From the NCBI GenBank assembly GCA_041482195.1, contig JBGPDH010000001.1:1-61321 (forward strand): DNA of 61,321 bases. The letters are read 5' to 3'. Shown here piece by piece: positions 33,898 through 43,015 of the stretch. Origin of the DNA: Verrucomicrobiia bacterium (GTDB taxonomy: Bacteria; Verrucomicrobiota; Verrucomicrobiia; Limisphaerales; UBA11358). Both the position numbers and the translations under genes were made by a program. Each line of letters begins with the position of its first letter. Within the stretch, counting starts at the first letter, position 1. The notes beneath the pieces are model-generated. The model was given only the letters and a program-made list of their open reading frames with translations. It searched no databases and was not told the origin of the DNA.

Positions 33898-36801
33898 TTA
33901 CGGGCTCTTGATACGGTAGAATGCCGGGGTCGCGATGGCAGTTGTATCCGTGTAAGAAAGCGAGCCGCCGGCGGCTCCGCCGGTCGGGTAACCGGTTACT
34001 ATCGCCGGCCAATTGGCCGAGGGACTCCCCATGACATTGGTCTTAAGCACAGAATAGGTCGCACCCGATGTTGAATTCCATGTCAGTATAAAGGAATGTC
34101 CGTTGGAAATGTAAACGGGGCTCGAAATGGTAATGCTGGGAAGAATGATATTCGTGGACGCGGCGACAATCTGGCCCGGGAACTGTGCCTGGAGGAAATT
34201 CAAGGGCGTCTGGCCTCCCGGCGGAGTAAAGCCGAGGACGGCCTGGGAAACATAAATCTTCATGCCCGGATTGATTTGGATCATGTTTGCCAGATTCGCC
34301 GAAATGGTGGTCAGTTGAGACAAGTCGAGCGTCAAAACGTACAAGGCGTTGCTTCCAGTGGTGCCGGAGAACACGAAAAGCGGTGTGAATTGAGGCAGAT
34401 AATTTTGAGCCGACAAGGCCAACGTACCGAGGGCTACGTTGTTGATAAAGCCAATCCCGCTTGGTCCGCGGTCCTCGCCGGCCCAAGTGGAATCAACCAC
34501 CGCGTTGTTTCCGGATGCCACGGAAAACAGAGTGGAACCCAACAAATCCCCGAATTGCGGTTTTATCGACAGATTAAAGCCATTAAAACAGATAAAAGAA
34601 CTCGCCCCGCCACCATCAGACAGCGAGTTGGTCACGTTGAAATTCAAACTGCCGCCGGCCAGGAGCGCAGACTGGCTTAAGTGCAGTGTGTTGGCGCTAA
34701 AGCTGGTATCCGCCCCTGAATAAATTGAATAATAATATGGCTGCTGGTTGATTTGGAAATTCTTGGCGCCACTGATTTCGATGGACCCGGCGGTAGCGGA
34801 GAAACTGCCATAGGTAAAGTTTAACGCATTACTGATCTGGATGTCTTGACTGGCAATGGTTTGACTGGCCGAAACGATGAATCCGCCATCGCTTTGGCCT
34901 GTCCCATTATTGACGAATTCGATATACGGTGCGGCGGTGTCATCACCAAAATGCGCGTTATTCGGAACGATCAGAGCTCCGTTATTGGTGAAATAACGAA
35001 GGTTGGGTGCTTGCGCAGCGGTCCAATCCTGGAGGATGTTGGAGAGGGACAATTGCCCCAACAAGGTGAGTCCCTGCCCATCGAGCAGCATGGTCTGAGC
35101 CACGGTCAGAGAATCGCTGATGGTGTTATTGGTGCTGTGCATCACCAGGTTCTGAACCGTGACCGGCACCACCGTGGAAAGCTGGCTGGCATCCACAACG
35201 AAGATCGAAAATCCTATGGCATTGGTGGTTATATTGGTGCCCTGCATCACCGGCTGCAGGTTCGTCCATACAGCGCTCCACAGGTTTACCGGGCCGCGCA
35301 GCCGGGAAACCACTTTTTTGGCCATATTGGTCAGATTCAAAAAGCCGTTGGTGGCACCCAGATAAAAACTCAAATTCTGGCAATCCACAATGGCGCCGGA
35401 GCTGCTCACCAGGTTGCTGGTCTGGATAAGAATACCTCCCTGAGCACCCAGCCAAGTCCGGGTAAGGTCCAGGTTGTCGGCGCTAATTTGAATCACTCCG
35501 GGCAGGTTGGTCACTATCGCCGCTGCCGGTTCTGTCGCCAAATTATCAACAAAAACGCCGTAGGCACTATAGGTATTGGACACCGTGGTAAAAGCGTAAG
35601 GCGGGGACGGCGGGCCCTTATAAAAGGATGCGTCCGGCTTCCCGGCACCCACCGTACCGGCACTAAACGCCGGCAAGCCGGTCTGAGAAACAATGGGTTC
35701 AGTACGGGATACGATGTAATTGGCGGGCTGGTAGACCTTGCCGCTGCAAAGGGAGAAGGAGCTGACATTGGTGTCCACAAATAATCCCCGGTTGGTTTCC
35801 GAGCCCAAAGTATCCACCAGATAAACCGTGTTGGTAAAGAGGGCGAGGGTAAATGGATTGGTCAACGTGGCCGACAGTTTTACCGCCGCCGTTTGAAAAC
35901 CGTTTGACACCATAGAACTGGGAGTAAACCTGATCTGCGCGGTAATGCCACCGCTGGCAGTTTTGACAAAAACCGCCTGGCGCACTTCATTCGTGGGGAT
36001 TGTGGTGTTATCGAGCGAGTCAGACACGGTCGGCTGAAAGAACAGCGATGGACCGAAAGCATAGTTGGTCGAACAGTTGTTCTGCACCCCGTAAGAGGGT
36101 GCGATTACGATGCTTCCATCCCACAGCGTCACGGTATTCAGCAAGGGAATGTGTATCCCCGGCGGCAAGTCAGCCGGCGCATTGGTTTGGACCCAGTTTG
36201 TGGCAAAAAGCCCCTGGTCGAGGGCAAAATTTGTTCCGCTGATAAAACCGCTGGCGAGCAGAGAGCCGTTGATCAACAATTGGCTGCGGGACAGGTTGAC
36301 CATGCCGCCAGTTAACACGATTTGACCGTTGGGGTCGGCCTCGAGCAGCCCTTTATTCACGATATTCGTCGCCGACACCCAGAGATAACTCGCCGTGGAT
36401 AAATTCTGGGAACCGGGCGGATTGCGAACGGTGCCATCAATTGCCCGAATGGTCGCGCTGGCACTGTTATTATTAAAATTGGCCGACCAACCACGCCCCC
36501 CGATCAGGGGAAGCGGTCCGTAGTCGAATTCCCAGCCGACCGAACTCAACATCGTGCCGGTGTTGGTGTAGTTGAGTGTGTGGGAGGTCTTGTAAGGAAG
36601 CACCACACCGATAGCCCAGGTTCCGGAATTTAAAAAGTTCGTGGCGTCAACATTGGGAATGTTGTTGTTATCGATCGACCCGGTGTTGTTGTAGGTCGAA
36701 TCCGTGGCCATCCCGGTCATCGGAGTCAAAAACACACCCGCCAGCAGCAACAGGACATGCCTCCCCAGTCGCCCGACAGTTTTGGAAAAGTTCAATTTCA
36801 T
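33898..36801 (-). CDS. Giant secreted protein 3 of 3 (967 aa), N/T/S/G-rich beta-strand repeat protein, unknown function
   Basis: Signal peptide (LLLLAGVFLTPMTGMA), no catalytic motif seen, and a C-terminal W...FYRI module. Starts 15 nt after the upstream gene. Confidence 0.75.
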   Translation of the reverse strand: MKLNFSKTVGRLGRHVLLLLAGVFLTPMTGMATDSTYNNTGSIDNNNIPNVDATNFLNSGTWAIGVVLPYKTSHTLNYTNTGTMLSSVGWEFDYGPLPLIGGRGWSANFNNNSASATIRAIDGTVRNPPGSQNLSTASYLWVSATNIVNKGLLEADPNGQIVLTGGMVNLSRSQLLINGSLLASGFISGTNFALDQGLFATNWVQTNAPADLPPGIHIPLLNTVTLWDGSIVIAPSYGVQNNCSTNYAFGPSLFFQPTVSDSLDNTTIPTNEVRQAVFVKTASGGITAQIRFTPSSMVSNGFQTAAVKLSATLTNPFTLALFTNTVYLVDTLGSETNRGLFVDTNVSSFSLCSGKVYQPANYIVSRTEPIVSQTGLPAFSAGTVGAGKPDASFYKGPPSPPYAFTTVSNTYSAYGVFVDNLATEPAAAIVTNLPGVIQISADNLDLTRTWLGAQGGILIQTSNLVSSSGAIVDCQNLSFYLGATNGFLNLTNMAKKVVSRLRGPVNLWSAVWTNLQPVMQGTNITTNAIGFSIFVVDASQLSTVVPVTVQNLVMHSTNNTISDSLTVAQTMLLDGQGLTLLGQLSLSNILQDWTAAQAPNLRYFTNNGALIVPNNAHFGDDTAAPYIEFVNNGTGQSDGGFIVSASQTIASQDIQISNALNFTYGSFSATAGSIEISGAKNFQINQQPYYYSIYSGADTSFSANTLHLSQSALLAGGSLNFNVTNSLSDGGGASSFICFNGFNLSIKPQFGDLLGSTLFSVASGNNAVVDSTWAGEDRGPSGIGFINNVALGTLALSAQNYLPQFTPLFVFSGTTGSNALYVLTLDLSQLTTISANLANMIQINPGMKIYVSQAVLGFTPPGGQTPLNFLQAQFPGQIVAASTNIILPSITISSPVYISNGHSFILTWNSTSGATYSVLKTNVMGSPSANWPAIVTGYPTGGAAGGSLSYTDTTAIATPAFYRIKSP

Positions 36802-36815
36802 CTGACCTTCATCGG

Positions 36816-39143
36816 CTAATTAATCGTAATGGAATATCCCAGATTCACGGCACGTGCGATCGGAACTGTGGAATCCGTCAATTGAATAACAATATTGTCA
36901 AAGGTTCCGCTTTGCGTCGGCGTGCCGGAAATAACGCCGTTCGGGGACAAATTCAGTCCCGGGGGCAGGCCGGCCGAACCGGACGTCAGCATCCAATTAT
37001 AAGGTGCCTGCCCGCCTGCGACCACCGTGAGCGCATTGGTATAAGCTACTCCATTTGTACCCGTTGGCAAATTTGGCGGCGGTGGAGCAATCTGGATGAG
37101 GGCCTCGGCCGCCAGATTGGCCACCTGGCCGTTCGGATAAACGATGGGGGTATTGGTGCTGCCGTCGAACGAACCCCAGATAAACCAGCGATCGACGGCA
37201 TTCGGTCCAAACAGATCAAACAGAGCCTGATTCACATAATCCGGCCCGACCTCGTTAAAAGTAATCGTGGTGGCAGGATCAATCGTTCCCGGTCCGGCAT
37301 GCCCGGCCAATTCAGTGGCCTGATTTAAATTGATGTTTCGCGTGAAAGTCGGACCGTGAGTAGGACCGCCGGCAGGGCCGAGTTCGAGGTCTTGCGCTCT
37401 AAAAATAAAGTCGGGGGCGGTCAGCACACGCTGGAAATTCTCGGTTACGTACTGGCCGTTGGTGAACACCACCATGGCGTACTGGTTCGTTATCAGCTGG
37501 GTAAAGAAACCGCTTAGATAATCGTAATCCGGCACCCGCACGAACTGCATTTTGCCAATGCCCCGGTAGTTGGCGATGGCATTGATCACCTGCGTGCAGG
37601 GCTGCGTGACAAAGACATAATTGGTGAAGTAGGAAATCAGGTTTTGCACGAAGCTCTGGCCGTTAATGTTGGTAACCCCGACGAGGGCATTGGTCACAAT
37701 GTTTACATTAGTCTGAAGCGTCTGGATAATATTGGGATTACAGAAGCCGTTGCTGATAATGAAATAATCTCCCGAGGGCACATTGGATTGAAAGAACGAG
37801 TAGGAAATATTGGTGACAAAAGGCGTGCCCACCGGCTGGCCGATGACGGGCCCCACGGAAATGGTTTGAATGGCAAAGGTCGTATTGGTGTAGATCCGGT
37901 GCAACGGGTCGGTCACTACATTGCCGAAAGTGTTCTGGTAAAACTGCACGATGTTGGTCACCAGATTGGTCACCACCACTGCCGTGGCCGGCGCGTCGGC
38001 CGGCTGACCGACAAAATTGGTGAAAAAGGCGATGACATTGGGCGAGACCACGTTGCTGAAATAAGTGAACACCGGCGTGGCCCCGACGACCAACCCTGGA
38101 AACAACGCCTGCAACGCAGCCGGGCTATTGGTCAATGAGGCTGAAACCAGGGCATTGTAGTTGGAGGTGAACAACAATTGCGGCGTCGTCAGATTGATGC
38201 TGTTCAACACGCTCCCGGCTGCGGGGGATTCCAGATGAGCCGCGCTTGGCGTGTCATAATTGTTGGTGCTGTAGAGCCAGCGCAGTCCCGCGGCGTCATC
38301 CCGCGTCAACCCGGTGTAAAAAATACCGGTACGTAACGCACCCAGACCGATGCCCGAGGCCACCGGAGGATTGTTCACAGTCGGGTTAACCGGAATTTCA
38401 TAGGCATCGGCATCGGGAGTGACAGGAATACCACAGTCTTCCAGGATTTGATATCCGAACAATTCGCCATTCACATAAGGAGAATATTGACCCCAATCGG
38501 GTGGAACATAACCCAGAGGAGTGAGGTAATAGTCATAATTCCGCATCACGACGAGATATTCCAAACAATCCGGGCAGGGAGCGGTACAACCCGGGATGAC
38601 GACGCGATTGTGCAACGTCCACGTGTAACGGATGGCGTCCACCAATCCCAATTGCTCCATCATCAAACTCAGGGTTTCTGATTTGACATCCAGCAATCCC
38701 AGGCTGCTCGCCGTGAAATTCTGTCCCTGTGAATTCAACGGAAATTCCGACAGCACGGGACTGTAACCGTCGATCGCCCCCGACGGATTGTTGGTAAAGG
38801 AATTATTCAGCAGGTCGAACGCCTGTTGCACGGCGCCTTCCCCCTCGGAATGGAACCAATCCGTAAAGCTGGGATCAAAGGCATAATACATCACCGGCGA
38901 ATTGCGGCGATAGCCCTCCCCAATGTTTTTAGGACCCACTGCCAATCCGTCGACGAGAAAGGGCGGCACCACGTCACTGGGAATCGGATTGTAACCGATG
39001 TCAATGACCTGCCACAGATCGCCCTGGGGCGCGGTCGTAAAAGTGGCCGACGGTCCCAGGAGGGAATAAGCCGATGCCGATTGCAGGCCGGATGCCAACA
39101 AACCAATCCACAAAAATTTATTAATCAATGGCCTCATACACAT
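36816..39143 (-). CDS. Giant secreted protein 2 of 3 (775 aa) with a C-terminal He_PIG-type Ig domain
   Basis: Signal peptide (FLWIGLLASGLQSASA), a Cys cluster PGCTAPCPDCLEY, and C-terminal LPTGTNGVAYTNALTVVAGGQAPYNW ... LPPGLNLSPNGVISGTPTQSGTF (He_PIG, PF05345-like). Starts 1 nt after the upstream stop. Confidence 0.75.
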   Translation of the reverse strand: MCMRPLINKFLWIGLLASGLQSASAYSLLGPSATFTTAPQGDLWQVIDIGYNPIPSDVVPPFLVDGLAVGPKNIGEGYRRNSPVMYYAFDPSFTDWFHSEGEGAVQQAFDLLNNSFTNNPSGAIDGYSPVLSEFPLNSQGQNFTASSLGLLDVKSETLSLMMEQLGLVDAIRYTWTLHNRVVIPGCTAPCPDCLEYLVVMRNYDYYLTPLGYVPPDWGQYSPYVNGELFGYQILEDCGIPVTPDADAYEIPVNPTVNNPPVASGIGLGALRTGIFYTGLTRDDAAGLRWLYSTNNYDTPSAAHLESPAAGSVLNSINLTTPQLLFTSNYNALVSASLTNSPAALQALFPGLVVGATPVFTYFSNVVSPNVIAFFTNFVGQPADAPATAVVVTNLVTNIVQFYQNTFGNVVTDPLHRIYTNTTFAIQTISVGPVIGQPVGTPFVTNISYSFFQSNVPSGDYFIISNGFCNPNIIQTLQTNVNIVTNALVGVTNINGQSFVQNLISYFTNYVFVTQPCTQVINAIANYRGIGKMQFVRVPDYDYLSGFFTQLITNQYAMVVFTNGQYVTENFQRVLTAPDFIFRAQDLELGPAGGPTHGPTFTRNINLNQATELAGHAGPGTIDPATTITFNEVGPDYVNQALFDLFGPNAVDRWFIWGSFDGSTNTPIVYPNGQVANLAAEALIQIAPPPPNLPTGTNGVAYTNALTVVAGGQAPYNWMLTSGSAGLPPGLNLSPNGVISGTPTQSGTFDNIVIQLTDSTVPIARAVNLGYSITIN

Positions 39144-39144
39144 T

Positions 39145-41148
39145 TCACTGGCGCAGGAGCATCACGCGGTAATAGCCCGCGGAACTCTTGCCGATAAAAA
39201 TCGAATCACTGGTGCCCGCCGAGAACCTGGGCGACCCCAGATTGCTCCACGCCCCGAGGTTCGTCGCCGCCTGCACCTGATAGGTCAATCCCGGCTGGGT
39301 GTTCCAACTGAGGAACAAGCCCTGGGGCGTGTTGCTGAGGGTCGTTCGCAGCCAGGTGCCGGGATCCAGCGGATTGCCGCCACTCAGGAACACCTGCAAC
39401 AGGGTCGGCCCGCCTGGAGCCAGCACCGTGTTTGCCCCCGGCCACTTGCTGATGTCGCTGCCGTAATATTGCGTCATCCATTCAAACGGAATCCCGCCCC
39501 AGTTATACCCCTGCCACGTCGTGCCGCTGGCGGACGGCGACAGCGGTGACTTCCGGCCATCCTGCGTCAGGTAATCCACGCGGAACGAATGGGTGCTGCT
39601 GGCCGTCAGACCATTTGCGGACGTCATCGTCCATACGTTGCTGGAGGTGGTTGCCGTTGGATTGGGTGAACCATCCACATATATTTCGTAGTTGGAAATC
39701 GAAAGTCCGGTCACGGGCGTCCACGATACGACCAATTGCGGCTGATACGCGTTGCTGACGATGACAAACGGCGCATAGACAAAGGGTGCCGGAAGCGGTT
39801 CCAGCGGTTGCAGGGTATTGATATAACGTTGCGCGAACAGATCGAATCCGTACGTCAGGCCGGTGAAACTGCTCCATAGCGACAGAAACTGACTGACCCC
39901 ATCCGAAACGACCACTGGCTGGATCTGCGAGCCGGCCGTGGTGGTATTGACGCGGAATTCGGTGCTGACCACTGAACCATTACCGCGGAGAAATTGTCCA
40001 TAGGCCCCTTCCCGCGAGCCGTCCTGCGCCAGACTCGTCCAGACAATCAAATAATCCGTTCCCAGCGCGGCAATGCGCGGAGTGAATTGGTCGCCGAACC
40101 GGTATGAATTGACCCGCATTACCGTGCCACCGATATCGGCACTTGAAAACCCACGGGCGTAAACGTCCATGCTGTTGGTAAAGGTGCTGGTCAGATCACG
40201 TGCGTCCCAGGCGATCACGAAACCGCCATCCGAACCGGCAGCCACGGCGGGGTCATCACATGGATTTGAATCCACATCTACGAGAAACTCATTTCCCTGA
40301 GCCGTCCCACTGCCGTTGTAAGACCTGGCATAAATATCCACGCTGGGAAAGGTGACGGCCGTGCTGGGGGTTCCACCGGCCGGATTGGCAATATTGACCT
40401 GTGTGCGCTCCTGTTCGGACACCCAGGTGGCGATAAATCCGCCGTTGACCAATGCTACCACCGCCGGGGCACGCTGGTTGAAGGCGTAATTGGGATTGTT
40501 GGCCGGGTCAAACTGATTGATTAAAAATTCACCGGTGACGGGTGTCCCCGCCGGCGAAAAGATCCGGCCATAAACATCCTGCATGCTTCCGGGGGCGGCT
40601 TCACTGAAACTGGCCCAGACTACGATGACATTTCCGTGGGGGAGAGTGGCCACCGCGGGGGTAATTTGGAAATAATTGGTAGAAGTGTTGACCATCACAT
40701 CACCGGTAAGCCAGGTGTTGCTGGAAGATAAAAATCGTGCGTAGATATGCTGGAACCCTTTGGGTCCGCCTTGCCAGACAAACGCCGCGCCGCCGCTTCG
40801 CAGCAAGGTCACCCTCGGATTTTCCTGATCCCCGGCACCTTGGACGTTAACGCGGAAGGAACTGCCGGAACCGGAAAGCGTCCCGTTCAACTGCATCGTA
40901 CTCACTCCCCAGCCGTCACCGTCGGTGATGTTGTCCTGCCAGACTGTAAAACCGCCGCCGGGCGTTACGGCCACGTCCGGATGAACCTGATCACCCGCCT
41001 GCGGTCCGACCATGGCATATTCCGTCCCGTTCGTCGCGTAATAGTTCGTCTGGCCCCCAACCACGACCGGAAGCGCAAGTATCCACCCCCAGCAAAGGCC
41101 AACAACAACCTGGCGGCTGAATAATCCCGATTGGATGGCGGTACTCAT
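39145..41148 (-). CDS. Giant secreted protein 1 of 3 (667 aa): seven-repeat propeller-like region, FN3, C-terminal module
   Basis: Signal peptide, seven ~55-aa repeats (GDQxxPxVA ... GGFxVxW ... D[VI]YxR), an FN3-like segment (LVVSWTPVTGLSISNYEIYVDG), IPFEWMTQYYG, and W...YYRV at the end. Confidence 0.75.
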   Translation of the reverse strand: MSTAIQSGLFSRQVVVGLCWGWILALPVVVGGQTNYYATNGTEYAMVGPQAGDQVHPDVAVTPGGGFTVWQDNITDGDGWGVSTMQLNGTLSGSGSSFRVNVQGAGDQENPRVTLLRSGGAAFVWQGGPKGFQHIYARFLSSSNTWLTGDVMVNTSTNYFQITPAVATLPHGNVIVVWASFSEAAPGSMQDVYGRIFSPAGTPVTGEFLINQFDPANNPNYAFNQRAPAVVALVNGGFIATWVSEQERTQVNIANPAGGTPSTAVTFPSVDIYARSYNGSGTAQGNEFLVDVDSNPCDDPAVAAGSDGGFVIAWDARDLTSTFTNSMDVYARGFSSADIGGTVMRVNSYRFGDQFTPRIAALGTDYLIVWTSLAQDGSREGAYGQFLRGNGSVVSTEFRVNTTTAGSQIQPVVVSDGVSQFLSLWSSFTGLTYGFDLFAQRYINTLQPLEPLPAPFVYAPFVIVSNAYQPQLVVSWTPVTGLSISNYEIYVDGSPNPTATTSSNVWTMTSANGLTASSTHSFRVDYLTQDGRKSPLSPSASGTTWQGYNWGGIPFEWMTQYYGSDISKWPGANTVLAPGGPTLLQVFLSGGNPLDPGTWLRTTLSNTPQGLFLSWNTQPGLTYQVQAATNLGAWSNLGSPRFSAGTSDSIFIGKSSAGYYRVMLLRQ

Positions 41149-41208
41149 GGTATGAATCTAGGTCGAGCCGGTAGCGTTTGTCTGTCAGTTGGAATACAAC
41201 TATTACTA

Positions 41209-41223
41209 TAGTGTTTGACACTA
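41209..41223. promoter_or_regulatory. Perfect palindrome TAGTGT-TTG-ACACTA upstream of the giant-protein operon
   Basis: Read directly. It lies 61-75 nt upstream of the ATG at 41148 and abuts a TATAGT hexamer on the coding (minus) strand. Confidence 0.3.
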
Positions 41224-41388
41224 CAAAGGAGAGTCTGGCGACTGAACGGCCATTGCATAATCGATTCTGCCGATTCTAGATATCCGCAGTGGTTTTGTCC
41301 AAAAATTACTTCGACAAATCCTCTGCGGTGCAGTCCGAATTGGGTCACCGAAAACCAATTTTCAAATTTGTGTCGCAAGTTCATTTTC

Positions 41389-42273
41389 CTAAATCAAAAT
41401 CGCCTGGCATACCTGGGTTTCTTCCCCCAGCGCCGCCAGCAGCGTCTTAAACCCCCACCGCCGGTACAATTCACGCAGTCGGCCGGTGTCCGCCGGCCTT
41501 TCCACCAGCTCAACCGGTGAAAAGGCAGCCGGCAAATCATCGCGTAAACGCACCAGCGCCTGGTTGCGCCGGACCGTCGCCTCGGTTGCGCTGAGGTTCG
41601 TACGGAGTTTTTCCGATTTCACTTCGCTCAGCTTTTCATACAGCGCATTCACGGACCCAAACCGGTTCAGCAACTCCGCGGCGGTCTTGGGCCCCACCCC
41701 GGACACACCCGGAATGTTGTCCACGCTGTCTCCGGTCAGGCTCAACCAATCCACCATTTGCGACGGTTTCACGCCGGCTTTCTCCCGGACCTGTTCGTCC
41801 GTCCAAATCGTTTCGGTCTTGTCATTCGGGTTCAACAACCCGATCTGCCCGGACACCAATTGCATAAAATCTTTGTCGGCGCTGGCAATGACCACAGACA
41901 TACCGGCCGCCGCCGCCCGTTGCGCCAGGCCCGCGATGTAATCATCTGCCTCGACGCCTTCCCGGCAAATCGAGGTAATTTGCGCTGCCTGCAAATAAGC
42001 GACGATTTCGTCAAGTTGTGGCTTGAGGTCCGCCGGCATTTCCGGCCGTTGCGCCTTGTACTCGGGCAGCGCCGCGACGCGTTCGGCGTTCAGTCCGCCG
42101 TCCCAAACCACAATCAAATGCGTTGGCCCCACCGTCGCCCGCATCTTCGCCAGCATTTTGACAAAACCATAAATCGCATTCGTTGGCTGGCCGGTCGGTG
42201 AGCGCAACTCGCGAATCGCGTGAAACGCGCGATAGGCATAAGCGTGTCCGTCAACAATCAGCAACCGGCCCAT
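41389..42273 (-). CDS. Stand-alone 5'-3' exonuclease / flap endonuclease (Pol I N-terminal-domain-like)
   Basis: MGRLLIVDGHAYAYRAFHAI, SADKDFMQLV, and H3TH LTGDSVDNIPGVSGVGPKTAAELL. At 294 aa there is no polymerase domain. Confidence 0.9.
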   Translation of the reverse strand: MGRLLIVDGHAYAYRAFHAIRELRSPTGQPTNAIYGFVKMLAKMRATVGPTHLIVVWDGGLNAERVAALPEYKAQRPEMPADLKPQLDEIVAYLQAAQITSICREGVEADDYIAGLAQRAAAAGMSVVIASADKDFMQLVSGQIGLLNPNDKTETIWTDEQVREKAGVKPSQMVDWLSLTGDSVDNIPGVSGVGPKTAAELLNRFGSVNALYEKLSEVKSEKLRTNLSATEATVRRNQALVRLRDDLPAAFSPVELVERPADTGRLRELYRRWGFKTLLAALGEETQVCQAILI

Positions 42274-42347
42274 AAATTCACCCGGGTTTCAAAGGTTCAC
42301 CCCTTGTATTCGATTGCATGCTCAACCGTTGGCGGGCGTTGAAGCCG

Positions 42348-42995
42348 CTATTGCGGAGGCAACGTCACCATTTTGTCGGTTTCCTTTGCCTGCCCGGCCC
42401 CCGGCGGTTGCGGCGGAATCGCATTTTGTGCAAACGGCAGTTCGTCGTCCGAATGAAGCCGGTTGCCGGCGGGATCCACAATCGTCGCGGTGACAAAAAT
42501 CATCAGATTCTTTTTGACCGCAATCTTGTTCTGGCTTTGAAAGAGACGGCCGACAATCGGCAAATCGCCCACCACTGGCACCTTGTCTTTCTCGGTCTGG
42601 GTCGAGGTGAGGATCATTCCGCCCAGAATGACTGTCTGGCCATCCCAAATGTTCACCGTGGTGAGGACCTGTCGAATACTAAAGCTCGGTAAAATGACCG
42701 GCAATTGGACCACATTCAGGCCACCCGTCACATTGGCGATATCGGGTGGCGTTTGGTAGCCGGCGAATTCGGTCACCGAGGGGATCAGGGTCAGGTTGAT
42801 CGTGTATCCGTCGGAAAGAACATAGGGCACGACGTCCAGCAACGGACCGGTTTCGATCGCCTGGGTGGTCGGCGTAATGGCCGAGACACCGGGGACAAAG
42901 GTGTTGTTTTGTGCCTGGGTCATTCTGGTGGCGCCCAACGCAACCGACAGGCCCAGCATCAGTTTGAAAATTTTATTTGTGGTATGTATTTTCAT
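42348..42995 (-). CDS. Secretin C-terminal half encoded as a separate ORF with its own signal peptide
   Basis: MKIHTTNKIFKLMLGLSVALGATRMTQAQ, then secretin blocks LLDVVPYVLSDGYTINLTLIPSV, VNIWDGQTVILGGM, KVPVVGDLPIVGRLF and NLMIFVTATIV. Confidence 0.75.
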   Translation of the reverse strand: MKIHTTNKIFKLMLGLSVALGATRMTQAQNNTFVPGVSAITPTTQAIETGPLLDVVPYVLSDGYTINLTLIPSVTEFAGYQTPPDIANVTGGLNVVQLPVILPSFSIRQVLTTVNIWDGQTVILGGMILTSTQTEKDKVPVVGDLPIVGRLFQSQNKIAVKKNLMIFVTATIVDPAGNRLHSDDELPFAQNAIPPQPPGAGQAKETDKMVTLPPQ

Positions 42996-43015
42996 CTTTG
43001 GTGGCGAGAAATATT

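Noticed and set aside
41237-41252. Possible sigma-54 promoter on the minus strand upstream of the giant-protein operon (TGGCCG-N-TCGC, with GG and GC at the correct 10-nt spacing).
   Set aside because: Only the minimal GG/GC dinucleotides match. The flanking consensus (TGGCAC ... TTGCW) is poor, and such a match is expected by chance in GC-rich DNA.
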